A DNA stretch of 64,000 nucleotides from Opitutus sp. GAS368 (GTDB lineage Bacteria > Verrucomicrobiota > Verrucomicrobiia > Opitutales > Opitutaceae), in the NCBI GenBank assembly GCA_945882935.1, contig CAMCWW010000002.1:26274-90273 (forward strand). Direction: 5' to 3'. Below the pieces are notes generated by a model. The model searched no databases. It had not been told where the DNA came from and saw only the letters and a list, made by a program, of their open reading frames with translations. Below, piece by piece: positions 9,763-18,596 of the stretch. The translations under genes were made by a program, and so were the position numbers. Within the stretch, counting starts at the first letter, position 1. Every line of letters begins with the position of its first letter.

Positions 9763-12603
9763 ATGGCGCAAGATCTGAAAGACACTCTCCAGCTTCCAAA
9801 AACGGACTTCTCAATGCGGGCCGGCCTTGCCCAGCGGGAGCCTGGTCGGGTCGCCCACTGGGAACAGATCGGGCTTTACGCTCGTCTTCAGGCCAACCGC
9901 GCCGCGGCTGAAAAAACCTTCGTCCTCCACGATGGGCCTCCCTTCACCAACGGTGATGTGCACATCGGCACCGCGCTGAACAAGACCCTCAAGGATATCA
10001 CTATCCGGTATAAAACCCTCCGTGGATATCGCACGCCCTACATTCCGGGCTGGGACTGCCACGGCCTGCCCATCGAGCAGAAGGTCACCCGCGAGCTTCG
10101 CGAAAAAAACGAGACCGTCTCCACCGGCGAACTTCGCGTCCGCTGTGATGCATTTTCCGAATCCTGGATCGCCAAGCAGACGACCCAGTTCAAACGATTG
10201 GGCATCGTCGCCGACTGGGCCCACGAGTATAAGACCAAGGCACCGGCTTTCGAAGCCGACATTCTTCGTACCTTCGCTGCGTTCGTTGAAAAGGGCTTGG
10301 TCTACCGCAGCAAGAAGCCGGTTTACTGGAGCATTCCTTTCGAGACCGCCCTCGCCGAGGCTGAGATCGAATACAAGGACCACACCTCCATCGCCATCTG
10401 GGTGAGATTTCTTGTCCCGACCGGGGAGGCCGAAAAATTCGGCCTGCCGACGGACAAGCCGCTCTACGTCGTCATCTGGACCACGACTCCTTGGACAATT
10501 CCCGCCAATCTCGCGATCGCCCTGCATCCCGATATCGATTACGCTGTCGCTGACACCGGGAACGAGCGCATCATCGTCGCAGCTGCTTTGCTCGGATCTG
10601 TTCTCGCCTCGGCCAAAATCGAGACCGCGCCGACCATCACGGCGACGCGCAAGGGATCCACGCTCGAACACCTCGCGGCCCGTCATCCTTTTATCGACCG
10701 CGCGGCCCCCATCGTTCTCGCGGATTACGTCACCACCGATAGCGGCACCGGCGCGGTGCACACCGCACCCGGCCATGGCGCCGAAGATTATCTTACCGGT
10801 CTGAAATACAAATTGGCGATTTATTGCCCCGTTGGCGATGACGGTCGGTATCTAAACGATGGTCAGGTGCCAGCGGATCTCGTCGGCATCACGACCCTCG
10901 AGACCGTTGAAGACTTGGCCGCTAAAAAGCCGTCGCCGGCCAACCTCGCTGTCCTAAAGAAACTCGCCGAAGCCGGCGCACTATTTGCCAAAGCCAAGTA
11001 TCCTCACAGCTACCCGCACTGCTGGCGCTCCAAGACTCCGATCATTTTCCGCGCCGTCGACCAGTGGTTTGTGTCGCTCGACAAGGCCGACACCCGGGCA
11101 ACCGCACTCGCAGCGATCAAAACGGTCCAATGGATTCCGGGCTGGGGCGAGGCCCGCATCCGCGGCGCGGTCGAATCCCGCCCCGATTGGTGCATCAGCC
11201 GTCAACGATCTTGGGGCGTGCCGATTCCGGCATTCTTCGACGAAAACAAGAACGCTTATCTTGACGCCGGTGTTGCTCGCGCCGTGGCCGGTAAAATCGC
11301 CACCGAAGGCACTAATTTTTGGTATAATGCCAACGCCGCCGATATCCTCGCCGGCATCGCGTTGCCTGCGCACTGGCCCGCGCCGACGGCTCTGACCTGC
11401 GGTCGTGACACACTCGATGTTTGGATCGACTCGGGCTCCTCCCATGCCGCGGTTCTGGGCAACGCTCAGGGCGGCACCTCTTGGCCGGCCGACCTCTACC
11501 TCGAGGGCAGCGACCAACATCGCGGCTGGTTCCAGTCCTCGCTTTGGACCGGCGTCATCGCCAACGGCGGTCCGCCTTACCGAGCCGTCCTGACCCACGG
11601 GTTCATCGTTGATAAAGCCCGCCAAAAAATCTCCAAGAGCAGCACCTACCAAAAACCCCAGACGAGCGACGCCTACATCGCAATCCACGGAGCTGACGTG
11701 ATTCGCCTCTGGATCGCCTCCCAAGATTTCCGCGACGACATCCCGGTGGATGATGAGATTCTGAAGAACGTCGCGGAGTCGTATCGGCTCCTACGTAACA
11801 CCTTTCGCTACCAGCTTTCCAACCTCTTCGACTACCAGTTCGCTCGGGATGATATCCCCTACGCGCAACTCGACTTCCTCGACCGCTGGGCCCTGCACCA
11901 GACCGCTACTCTCCTGCGCGAATGCACTGCGGCTTACGACGCCTATGAGTTCCATCGCGTCTACCAACTCTGCAACCAATTCTGCGCCGTCACGCTCTCG
12001 GCCGTTTACCATGATGTCCTGAAGGACCGGCTTTACACCCTCGGCACCCACGCGCCTCTGCGGCGCTCGTCCCAGACCGCGATCCATCATATCTTCCGCA
12101 GCCTGATAAAGATTCTTTCGCCTATCCTCACTTTTACGGCCGACGAAGCCTGGTCTTACGCCACGGCCAACGTGGAATACACTCAGGACTCAGTTCATCT
12201 TCAAGACTGGCCCGTGGCACCATCAGAGTGGAGCGACCCCACCCTCGAATCGGATTTTGCCGCGCTACTTCGAGTCCGCGCTCAAGTCACCGAAGCCATC
12301 GAACCACTTCGGGCAGCCGGCCACTTGGGTAAGTCGCTCGACGCCGCCGTGACTCTGGCGGCCAGCGACGACCCCACCCTCGCCGTGCTTAAGCGGCATC
12401 GCGAGTTTCTCCCCGAACTCTTTATCGTTTCGCTCGTGACCATAGAGACCACCGATACCGGATCCCCTCTATCAGTGTCGGTCCGCCCTTGCGCGGATCT
12501 TGGCTGCGTTCGTTGCCCACGCTGCTGGCGCTGGGTTCCCGTGGTGCAAAGCACGCCCAACGGTGACCTTTGCCCACGTTGCATTCAGTCGCTTGTTTCC
12601 TAA
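9763..12603 (+). CDS. ileS: Isoleucine--tRNA ligase
   Basis: HIGH motif PFTNGDVHIGTALNK. KMSKS variant KISKS. C-terminal Zn finger CVRCPRCWRWV...CPRC. Confidence 0.97.
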   Translation: MAQDLKDTLQLPKTDFSMRAGLAQREPGRVAHWEQIGLYARLQANRAAAEKTFVLHDGPPFTNGDVHIGTALNKTLKDITIRYKTLRGYRTPYIPGWDCHGLPIEQKVTRELREKNETVSTGELRVRCDAFSESWIAKQTTQFKRLGIVADWAHEYKTKAPAFEADILRTFAAFVEKGLVYRSKKPVYWSIPFETALAEAEIEYKDHTSIAIWVRFLVPTGEAEKFGLPTDKPLYVVIWTTTPWTIPANLAIALHPDIDYAVADTGNERIIVAAALLGSVLASAKIETAPTITATRKGSTLEHLAARHPFIDRAAPIVLADYVTTDSGTGAVHTAPGHGAEDYLTGLKYKLAIYCPVGDDGRYLNDGQVPADLVGITTLETVEDLAAKKPSPANLAVLKKLAEAGALFAKAKYPHSYPHCWRSKTPIIFRAVDQWFVSLDKADTRATALAAIKTVQWIPGWGEARIRGAVESRPDWCISRQRSWGVPIPAFFDENKNAYLDAGVARAVAGKIATEGTNFWYNANAADILAGIALPAHWPAPTALTCGRDTLDVWIDSGSSHAAVLGNAQGGTSWPADLYLEGSDQHRGWFQSSLWTGVIANGGPPYRAVLTHGFIVDKARQKISKSSTYQKPQTSDAYIAIHGADVIRLWIASQDFRDDIPVDDEILKNVAESYRLLRNTFRYQLSNLFDYQFARDDIPYAQLDFLDRWALHQTATLLRECTAAYDAYEFHRVYQLCNQFCAVTLSAVYHDVLKDRLYTLGTHAPLRRSSQTAIHHIFRSLIKILSPILTFTADEAWSYATANVEYTQDSVHLQDWPVAPSEWSDPTLESDFAALLRVRAQVTEAIEPLRAAGHLGKSLDAAVTLAASDDPTLAVLKRHREFLPELFIVSLVTIETTDTGSPLSVSVRPCADLGCVRCPRCWRWVPVVQSTPNGDLCPRCIQSLVS

Positions 12604-12628
12604 ACTCCACGCTTCCCCCTAAATCCCC

Positions 12629-13663
12629 ATGGCTAAGAAAACAAAAAAGCCCGCCAAGCCTGCTGCGAAAACTGCCAAGCCAAAACTGAAGGCTAAGCCC
12701 AAGGCTAAGCCCAAGGCTAAGCCCAAGGCCAAGCCCAAGGCCAAGCCCAAGGCTAAGCCCACCCTAAAGGCTGTCGCAAAAAAACCCGTCAAAAGTCGGC
12801 CTAAATCCGTCCCGGTTAAGCGCGGCAAGCATCCCGTTTCGGAGCAACGTGCGCCCAAGCCCGCCGCCAAACCGGCGCCGCCTTCCGCGCCTGCCAAAAT
12901 TTCTACCAACATGGAAAAACCCTCTAAGAAAAACGCCTTGCGCAACAGCATCCTGAAGCGCAAAGCCACCGCCAAACCCATCGCGTTCAGCCTCGATGAA
13001 GTCCGCGCCATCGCGCAGACCACCGTCGAGAAGCCCGAAAAAGACAAATCCGCCAAAGCCGCCGCCAAAGTTAAGCCGACGAAACAGGCGCTTGTGCTGG
13101 AGAAGGCCGCGAAACCCAGCCACGTAAAGGCGGCGTCTCTCGCCGACATCCTCGGCTTCAACCCGAAGAAAGTAAAATCGATCGAAGCGGTCCTCGAGGT
13201 TGAAGTCCCGGAAAAATACAAACGCTATTACAAGCTCTTGCTTGATCTCCGCCGTCACCTGACCGCGGGCATCGAACTTCACTCCGAAGAGACGCTCAAG
13301 CGCTCCTCCAAAGACGACTCGGGAGACTTGTCGTCCTACGGCCAGCACCAAGCCGACTCGGGCACCGACACCTTCGATCGTGATTTCGCACTCAGCCTTG
13401 TCTCCAGCGAGCAGGAGGCCCTCGGCGAAATCGAAGCTGCCATCAAGCGTATCAAAGACGGCACCTACGGCATCTGCGAGGTCACCCAAGAGCCGATCGC
13501 AAAAGATCGTCTGCTGGCTGTGCCCTTTACCCGCTATTCGGCCAGCGCTCAGAAGGAGCTTGAGCGAAACCGCCACCGTTCCCGCACCCAAGCCGGCATT
13601 CTCGGCGAACTGGGCGAAGACGGTGCTCCCAGCGGCACGAGCGGCGACGACAACGGCGAGTAA
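12629..13663 (+). CDS. DksA/TraR-like protein lacking the C4 zinc finger, with N-terminal Lys/Ala/Pro-rich histone-H1-like region
   Basis: C-terminus LSLVSSEQEALGEIEAAIKRIKDGTYGICEVTQEPIAKDRLLAVPFTRYSASAQKE matches the DksA/TraR layout, but only 1 of the 4 canonical Cys remains. The N-terminal ~180 aa are K/A/P-rich and include (KAKP)6. Confidence 0.7.
   Translation: MAKKTKKPAKPAAKTAKPKLKAKPKAKPKAKPKAKPKAKPKAKPTLKAVAKKPVKSRPKSVPVKRGKHPVSEQRAPKPAAKPAPPSAPAKISTNMEKPSKKNALRNSILKRKATAKPIAFSLDEVRAIAQTTVEKPEKDKSAKAAAKVKPTKQALVLEKAAKPSHVKAASLADILGFNPKKVKSIEAVLEVEVPEKYKRYYKLLLDLRRHLTAGIELHSEETLKRSSKDDSGDLSSYGQHQADSGTDTFDRDFALSLVSSEQEALGEIEAAIKRIKDGTYGICEVTQEPIAKDRLLAVPFTRYSASAQKELERNRHRSRTQAGILGELGEDGAPSGTSGDDNGE
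12689..12760 (+). repeat. In-frame tandem repeat, 6 x 12 nt (AAGGCYAAGCCC = KAKP)
   Basis: Six consecutive 12-nt units counted directly, differing only T/C at one synonymous position. They are codon-aligned with the CDS starting at 12629. Confidence 0.95.
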
Positions 13664-13706
13664 TTCTCTCGCCCGAGGGCCCACCACTTCGAACGCGAAC
13701 TAGCCG

Positions 13707-14252
13707 GTGACGATGTCCGATCCCAGCAAGCCCACCGCTTCGAGTGTCTCGGCGCCCGCGCCTAGGCTCAGTCGGTTGCTGGCTTACCGCCGACTGCTCG
13801 TCATCGCAGCTGTCGTGCTGATCGCCGATCAACTGACCAAATTGGCGATCGTCGCCCATCTCCCGTTCCCGACCTACGGCGAAGGCCACGGAGCGATCAC
13901 CGTGATCAGAGATTTCTTCTACATCGTCCACGTCGGCAACACCGGGGCGGCGTGGAGTATGTTCTCCGGACAGAGCGTCCTACTCGCAATTTTCGCCTTG
14001 GTCACGCTGGCTGCCATCGTCATCTGGCGTCAAGCCCTAGGTCTGCGGGAGCGCCGCTCCCAGCTATGTTTTGGTCTCCTTTGCGGCGGCATCGTCGGCA
14101 ATGTCATCGACCGCTTGGCTTACGGTCATGTGGTCGATTTTATCGACTTACAATTCGGCAGTTACGTCTACCCGACTTTCAACGTCGCCGACTCCGGCAT
14201 TTGCGTGGGCGTCGGTTTCTACCTCTGGCACTCACTCCGCGAGCCGAAGTAG
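13707..14252 (+). CDS. lspA: Lipoprotein signal peptidase (signal peptidase II)
   Basis: NTGAAWSMF and FNVADSGI motifs, 4 TM helices. Start is GTG at 13707 or ATG at 13713. Confidence 0.92.
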   Translation: MTMSDPSKPTASSVSAPAPRLSRLLAYRRLLVIAAVVLIADQLTKLAIVAHLPFPTYGEGHGAITVIRDFFYIVHVGNTGAAWSMFSGQSVLLAIFALVTLAAIVIWRQALGLRERRSQLCFGLLCGGIVGNVIDRLAYGHVVDFIDLQFGSYVYPTFNVADSGICVGVGFYLWHSLREPK

Positions 14253-14262
14253 ACCGAACCGG

Positions 14263-15135
14263 TTACTCGACGTTGGCGATCTGCTCGCGGATTCGCTCCA
14301 GCTCATTCTTCAACTCGATCACCGCCCGAGAGATCGTGAGGTCGTTGGCCTTACTGCCGATCGTGTTAACCTCGCGGCCTATCTCCTGTAAAATGAACTC
14401 CGATTTGCGGCCAATCTCGCCATCCGACTTCAGCAAGGCGGTGAATTGCTCAAGATGACTGCGCAAACGAGTCAGTTCCTCCGTCACATCGCAACGGTCG
14501 GCGAAGAGCGCGAGTTCCTTCAGCACTCGCTCGTCGTCTACCTTTAGGTCCAATTCCGCCGTTCGCAGGCGGAGCAGGAGTTGATTCCGGTAGAGCGGCG
14601 GCACGAGCGGCGCTCGCGCGGCGATGAGATCCACTTGCCGGCGCAGCAGCTCAAGGCGGCCAATGAAATCCACCAGGAGCGCTTCGCCTTCTTTGGCGCG
14701 CATCGCCACAAACGCCCGCAAAGCCGATTCCAGCGCGGCCAGCACGAATTCCTCAGCCTCTTCCATCGATGGAAAATCATTCGCTTTTCGCTGCGACCGG
14801 GCGATGTCCCACAACAGCTCGGGGGTCGGCGTAAACACGACCCCCTGCCTTGACGCGAACGCAGCCAGTCGGTTGAGCGTCTCAACCGCGGCCGCCTCAT
14901 CCCAAACCTCCTGCCGACTGCCAGCGGCACCGGTCAGTTCAATCTGCACATGGACCTTACCCCGTGAGGCATGGCGCCGGCCTTTCTCGGTGATCACTGG
15001 CTCCAGCGCCGCCCACTCCTCGGGCAATTTTACCGTAAGATCTAGCGTCTTCCGGTTAACCGAGCTCACTTGAATCGTAATCGTATCCGACCCGAGCCCC
15101 ACCGTCGCCCGTCCATAACCGGTCATGGACTTCAT
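14263..15135 (-). CDS. yicC: YicC family stress-induced protein
   Basis: Starts MKSMTGYG. C-terminal [15 protein letters not shown]...[17 protein letters not shown]. Its ATG overlaps the trpB stop codon (ATGA). Confidence 0.88.
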   Translation of the reverse strand: MKSMTGYGRATVGLGSDTITIQVSSVNRKTLDLTVKLPEEWAALEPVITEKGRRHASRGKVHVQIELTGAAGSRQEVWDEAAAVETLNRLAAFASRQGVVFTPTPELLWDIARSQRKANDFPSMEEAEEFVLAALESALRAFVAMRAKEGEALLVDFIGRLELLRRQVDLIAARAPLVPPLYRNQLLLRLRTAELDLKVDDERVLKELALFADRCDVTEELTRLRSHLEQFTALLKSDGEIGRKSEFILQEIGREVNTIGSKANDLTISRAVIELKNELERIREQIANVE

Positions 15136-16367
15136 AAAGCGACGCCGAGGATTTTTGCCACTTGGTTCACATCCTTGTCCCCGCGGCCCGAAAGATTCAC
15201 CACCAGGATCTCATCTTTCCGCATGAGCTTCGCCCGCTTGATCGCGTGCACCACCGCGTGGGTGCTTTCCAACGCGGGGATGATTCCCTCCAATCGCGAC
15301 AACAACTGAAACGTCTCCATGACCTCGTCGTCGCAGGCGTATGCAAAATCGATCCGCTTTTGATCGCGGTAGAAGGCGTGCTCCGGCCCGATCGCCGCAT
15401 AGTCGAGTCCGGCGCTCACCGAGTGCGTGAGTTCAATCTGCCCGTCGGGATCTTGGAGGATGTAGGTTTTGGCGCCTTGTAGGACACCGAGCTTTCCGCC
15501 CTCAAATCGCGCCGCATGTTCGCCGCGGCGAATCCCGCGTCCGCCCGCTTCGACCCCGACCAGCCGCACCGATTTCTCCCCGAGAAAATCAAAGAAAAAT
15601 CCGATCGCATTCGAACCACCGCCCACGCACGCAATCATCTCGTCGGGCAGACGGCCCTCGCGGGCCAGCAACTGCGTCTTCGTTTCTTGGCCAATCACCC
15701 GGTGAAAATCCCGCACCATCATGGGATACGGGTGCGAGCCAAGCGCCGAGCCGAGGATGTAGTGGGTGCCACGGACATTGGTCACCCAGTCCCGCATCGC
15801 CTCGTTGACTGCGTCTTTGAGCGTCTTCTGACCCGAAGTGACGGCCCGCACTTCAGCGCCCATTAATCGCATCCGAAACACATTCAGCGCCTGCCGCTCC
15901 ATATCGACGGCTCCCATATACACGACGCATTCGAGGCCAAACTTCGCGCACACCGCCGCAGTCGCCACCCCGTGTTGATCGGCACCGGTTTCGGCGATGA
16001 CCCGTTTTTTTCCCATGCGCAACGCGAGCATGGCCTGCCCCAAGGCGTTGTTGATCTTGTGTGCCCCCGTGTGCAGCAGGTCCTCGCGCTTGAGATAAAT
16101 CTTGGCGCCCCCGCAGTGCGCCGTGAGTCGTTCGGCGTGATAAAGCTCCGTCGGCCGCCCGGCGAATTCCTTCAGGTGCTCTTTTAACTTCGCTTGAAAC
16201 GCCGGATCGTCTCGGGCCTCCGCGTAGACTGCGCCTAGCTCTTCAAGCGCCGTCATCAAGGTCTCGGGGACAAACACTCCGCCATAGCGGCCGAAGTGGC
16301 CACCCGCGTCCGGAAGCGAATGCCGGTCCGGCGTGGCAGCGGTGTCAAAAGTGGAGGATGCGATCAT
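15132..16367 (-). CDS. trpB: Tryptophan synthase beta chain
   Basis: [26 protein letters not shown] (PLP Lys) and GGGSNAIG motifs. Confidence 0.96.
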   Translation of the reverse strand: MIASSTFDTAATPDRHSLPDAGGHFGRYGGVFVPETLMTALEELGAVYAEARDDPAFQAKLKEHLKEFAGRPTELYHAERLTAHCGGAKIYLKREDLLHTGAHKINNALGQAMLALRMGKKRVIAETGADQHGVATAAVCAKFGLECVVYMGAVDMERQALNVFRMRLMGAEVRAVTSGQKTLKDAVNEAMRDWVTNVRGTHYILGSALGSHPYPMMVRDFHRVIGQETKTQLLAREGRLPDEMIACVGGGSNAIGFFFDFLGEKSVRLVGVEAGGRGIRRGEHAARFEGGKLGVLQGAKTYILQDPDGQIELTHSVSAGLDYAAIGPEHAFYRDQKRIDFAYACDDEVMETFQLLSRLEGIIPALESTHAVVHAIKRAKLMRKDEILVVNLSGRGDKDVNQVAKILGVAL

Positions 16368-16416
16368 GGGTGAGTTCGGACGATGCGAGACAAAGATGCG
16401 GAGGCAAGCGGACGAA

Positions 16417-17949
16417 CTAAACTCGTTTCACCGTCACCAGAGTCAGGTCATCACGCTGCGGGGTTTCTCCCGTAAAACGCCCCACCGCGCTCAGTATGCC
16501 GTCGTTCACTTCCTGCGCGGAGCGTTGGTGCAAGGTCCGAACCACATCGGCGAGGCGATGTCCGGAGAATTCTTTACCATCTTCGTTCGGCGCTTCGCTG
16601 ATACCGTCCGTATAAAGCACCAGCAAATCTCCGAGGCCGAAGGGCTCCGTATGATCGGTAATCACTTCCGAAAAAAGCGGGTCCGGCACCATCCCGAGCG
16701 GCATCCCTTCGGAACCGACAAAAATAGGCAAAAATACGCCGCTCTTGGCGTCGAGCCGCGCGAACAGCGGCAGTTCATGGCCAGCCCGGGCAAAGGTCAC
16801 GCTCCGTGCGACCGTGTCGATCACCGCGTAAAGCATCGTGATGTAATGACCTTGATCGATGTCCGCCGCCAACACGCGATTCAACTCGATGAGCACCCGT
16901 CCCGGAGAATCATGGCGCGGGGCTATTTGCAGCAGATTCGTCCGACATATCGCCATGAGCAACGACGCCGGGATACCTTTGCCGGCGACATCGGCCACTA
17001 CGATCGCGAGACGCGTCGGCGACAACGGGATGACGTCGTAAAGGTCGCCTCCGATCTTTTGCGCCGGTTTGTACCGCGCATCCAAATCAATACCCTCGAT
17101 GGTGTCAGTCTTGCGCGGCAACAGCATCCGCTGAATTCCACTCGCGACCGAGATATCCAAATCGAGTTGCTGCTTCTCCATCTGCAGGTGCAAAAACTCG
17201 GCGTTGTGCAAGGCCAGAGCCGCTTGCTCCGCCAAAGACTCCATCAGCGAAAACTCCATCTCAGAGAACGCCCGCCCGCCGGCGGGATTGGCTACCGCCA
17301 AGATCCCAAACGAACGATCGCGAAAGCAGAGTGGCACCGCGATCACCGAGCGCACGACGAGGGCCGGATCGTCGTGCCGGACCACGCGCCGATCCCTGGT
17401 CGCGTCGGCCAATAGTTCCCCCCGGCCGGTCGTCGCCACCCGGCCCACGATTCCCTCGCTGTCGGGAAACTCTTCGGCCTGCAGCACCTGCTCGATAAAC
17501 TTGGCGCGGGTTGTCAGCTTGGACTTGGCCTCATCGTCGAGCGGCCGATGGGGTGGAAACAATCCTTCTACCGCCGACCCGCGCAGCGTGCCGCGTTCGG
17601 TTCGCTGAAACAAACAAGCGCTCAGCGCTCCGGTGCAAAGAATCGACGCGTGCACGATTCGCTGGTGCAACTCGGCCCGCGTCAGGCCTTCTCCCAGCGC
17701 TTCAGCCATGAGGTGCATGAACTCAACCACCCGCTGCCGGTCCTGCGTCGCCTGCTGCCGGGCCGTTTCACTGGCCTCGGCTGCGGCGCGCGCGCGCCAA
17801 AAGGGCACCGCTACGACCGCGACCCCCACCACAAACGCAATGACGATGGCAAAAACCATGAACCAAAACTGTGTTCCAAAGCTGCCGAGACGAGCAATCG
17901 TGAAGACTACAAAAAGAGAAAAAGCGCCCGGGGCCATCCCCGGCGGCAT
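16417..17949 (-). CDS. Membrane-anchored GAF-domain PP2C (SpoIIE/RsbU-type) serine phosphatase
   Basis: Two N-terminal TM helices, a central GAF-like region, and a C-terminal PP2C domain with [22 protein letters not shown] and LYTDGISEA. Confidence 0.85.
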   Translation of the reverse strand: MPPGMAPGAFSLFVVFTIARLGSFGTQFWFMVFAIVIAFVVGVAVVAVPFWRARAAAEASETARQQATQDRQRVVEFMHLMAEALGEGLTRAELHQRIVHASILCTGALSACLFQRTERGTLRGSAVEGLFPPHRPLDDEAKSKLTTRAKFIEQVLQAEEFPDSEGIVGRVATTGRGELLADATRDRRVVRHDDPALVVRSVIAVPLCFRDRSFGILAVANPAGGRAFSEMEFSLMESLAEQAALALHNAEFLHLQMEKQQLDLDISVASGIQRMLLPRKTDTIEGIDLDARYKPAQKIGGDLYDVIPLSPTRLAIVVADVAGKGIPASLLMAICRTNLLQIAPRHDSPGRVLIELNRVLAADIDQGHYITMLYAVIDTVARSVTFARAGHELPLFARLDAKSGVFLPIFVGSEGMPLGMVPDPLFSEVITDHTEPFGLGDLLVLYTDGISEAPNEDGKEFSGHRLADVVRTLHQRSAQEVNDGILSAVGRFTGETPQRDDLTLVTVKRV

Positions 17950-17963
17950 CGGTCATATTCGGG

Positions 17964-18473
17964 TCAGCTTTGCTCAACGCGATTCTTCAGAAACGACAAT
18001 ACATCCTGAAACTTCGCCCGGTTGCTTTCATCGGCGGCCACCAGGTGCTCATGGGATTCGAGCGCCAACTTCGCGCGATCCAGTTCTCCCGGATTAGACG
18101 CCGCCAGAGCCATCTCACACTTGCCGTAGCTCATCGGCCTATCTCCGGCGTCGACCGTCAGAAGACGATGCAAACCCAAGTTGCGGATCAGCTCAAGATT
18201 CCTAACTCCCACCCGGGCAAGCACAATGCTACCGGGTGGATTGGTCTTCTTTAGCTCCAGCGCCACCCCCGCCAGCACGCCAAGAAACGTGCTGTCCATG
18301 CTCGCGCAGTTCTGAAAATCCACCACAAAGCGCTGGCGCCCTTGGCGCAGCATCTCACCGACGAAATCTCTCAGACCGGTGCTGTTTTGAAAACATGCCC
18401 GGCCCTCGATGCGCACGACCACAGGATCAGAATGAGGATCTACGAGATAAACGGAAGGAGTCGAATCAGGCAT
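17964..18473 (-). CDS. STAS-domain protein (anti-sigma-factor antagonist-like) with C-terminal extension
   Basis: VVRIEGRACFQNS...FVVDFQNCASMDSTFLGVLAG carries the conserved DS(T/S) phospho-site context. An extra ~55 aa tail follows. Confidence 0.75.
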   Translation of the reverse strand: MPDSTPSVYLVDPHSDPVVVRIEGRACFQNSTGLRDFVGEMLRQGRQRFVVDFQNCASMDSTFLGVLAGVALELKKTNPPGSIVLARVGVRNLELIRNLGLHRLLTVDAGDRPMSYGKCEMALAASNPGELDRAKLALESHEHLVAADESNRAKFQDVLSFLKNRVEQS

Positions 18474-18596
18474 GGAGAAGAAAAACGAAACAACCTGCTA
18501 GAGCGGCACTATTCCCAGATACTTGGACCGTCGCTAGCACCGCCGAAGAGTCACCCACCAACGGTAGCTCGACGGCGGCGCGCGCAGAATTCAAAA

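Noticed and set aside
12689-12760. 12-nt direct repeats as a possible CRISPR array or non-coding VNTR.
   Set aside because: There are no spacers. The units are contiguous, codon-aligned and translate as (KAKP)6 inside a clear CDS.
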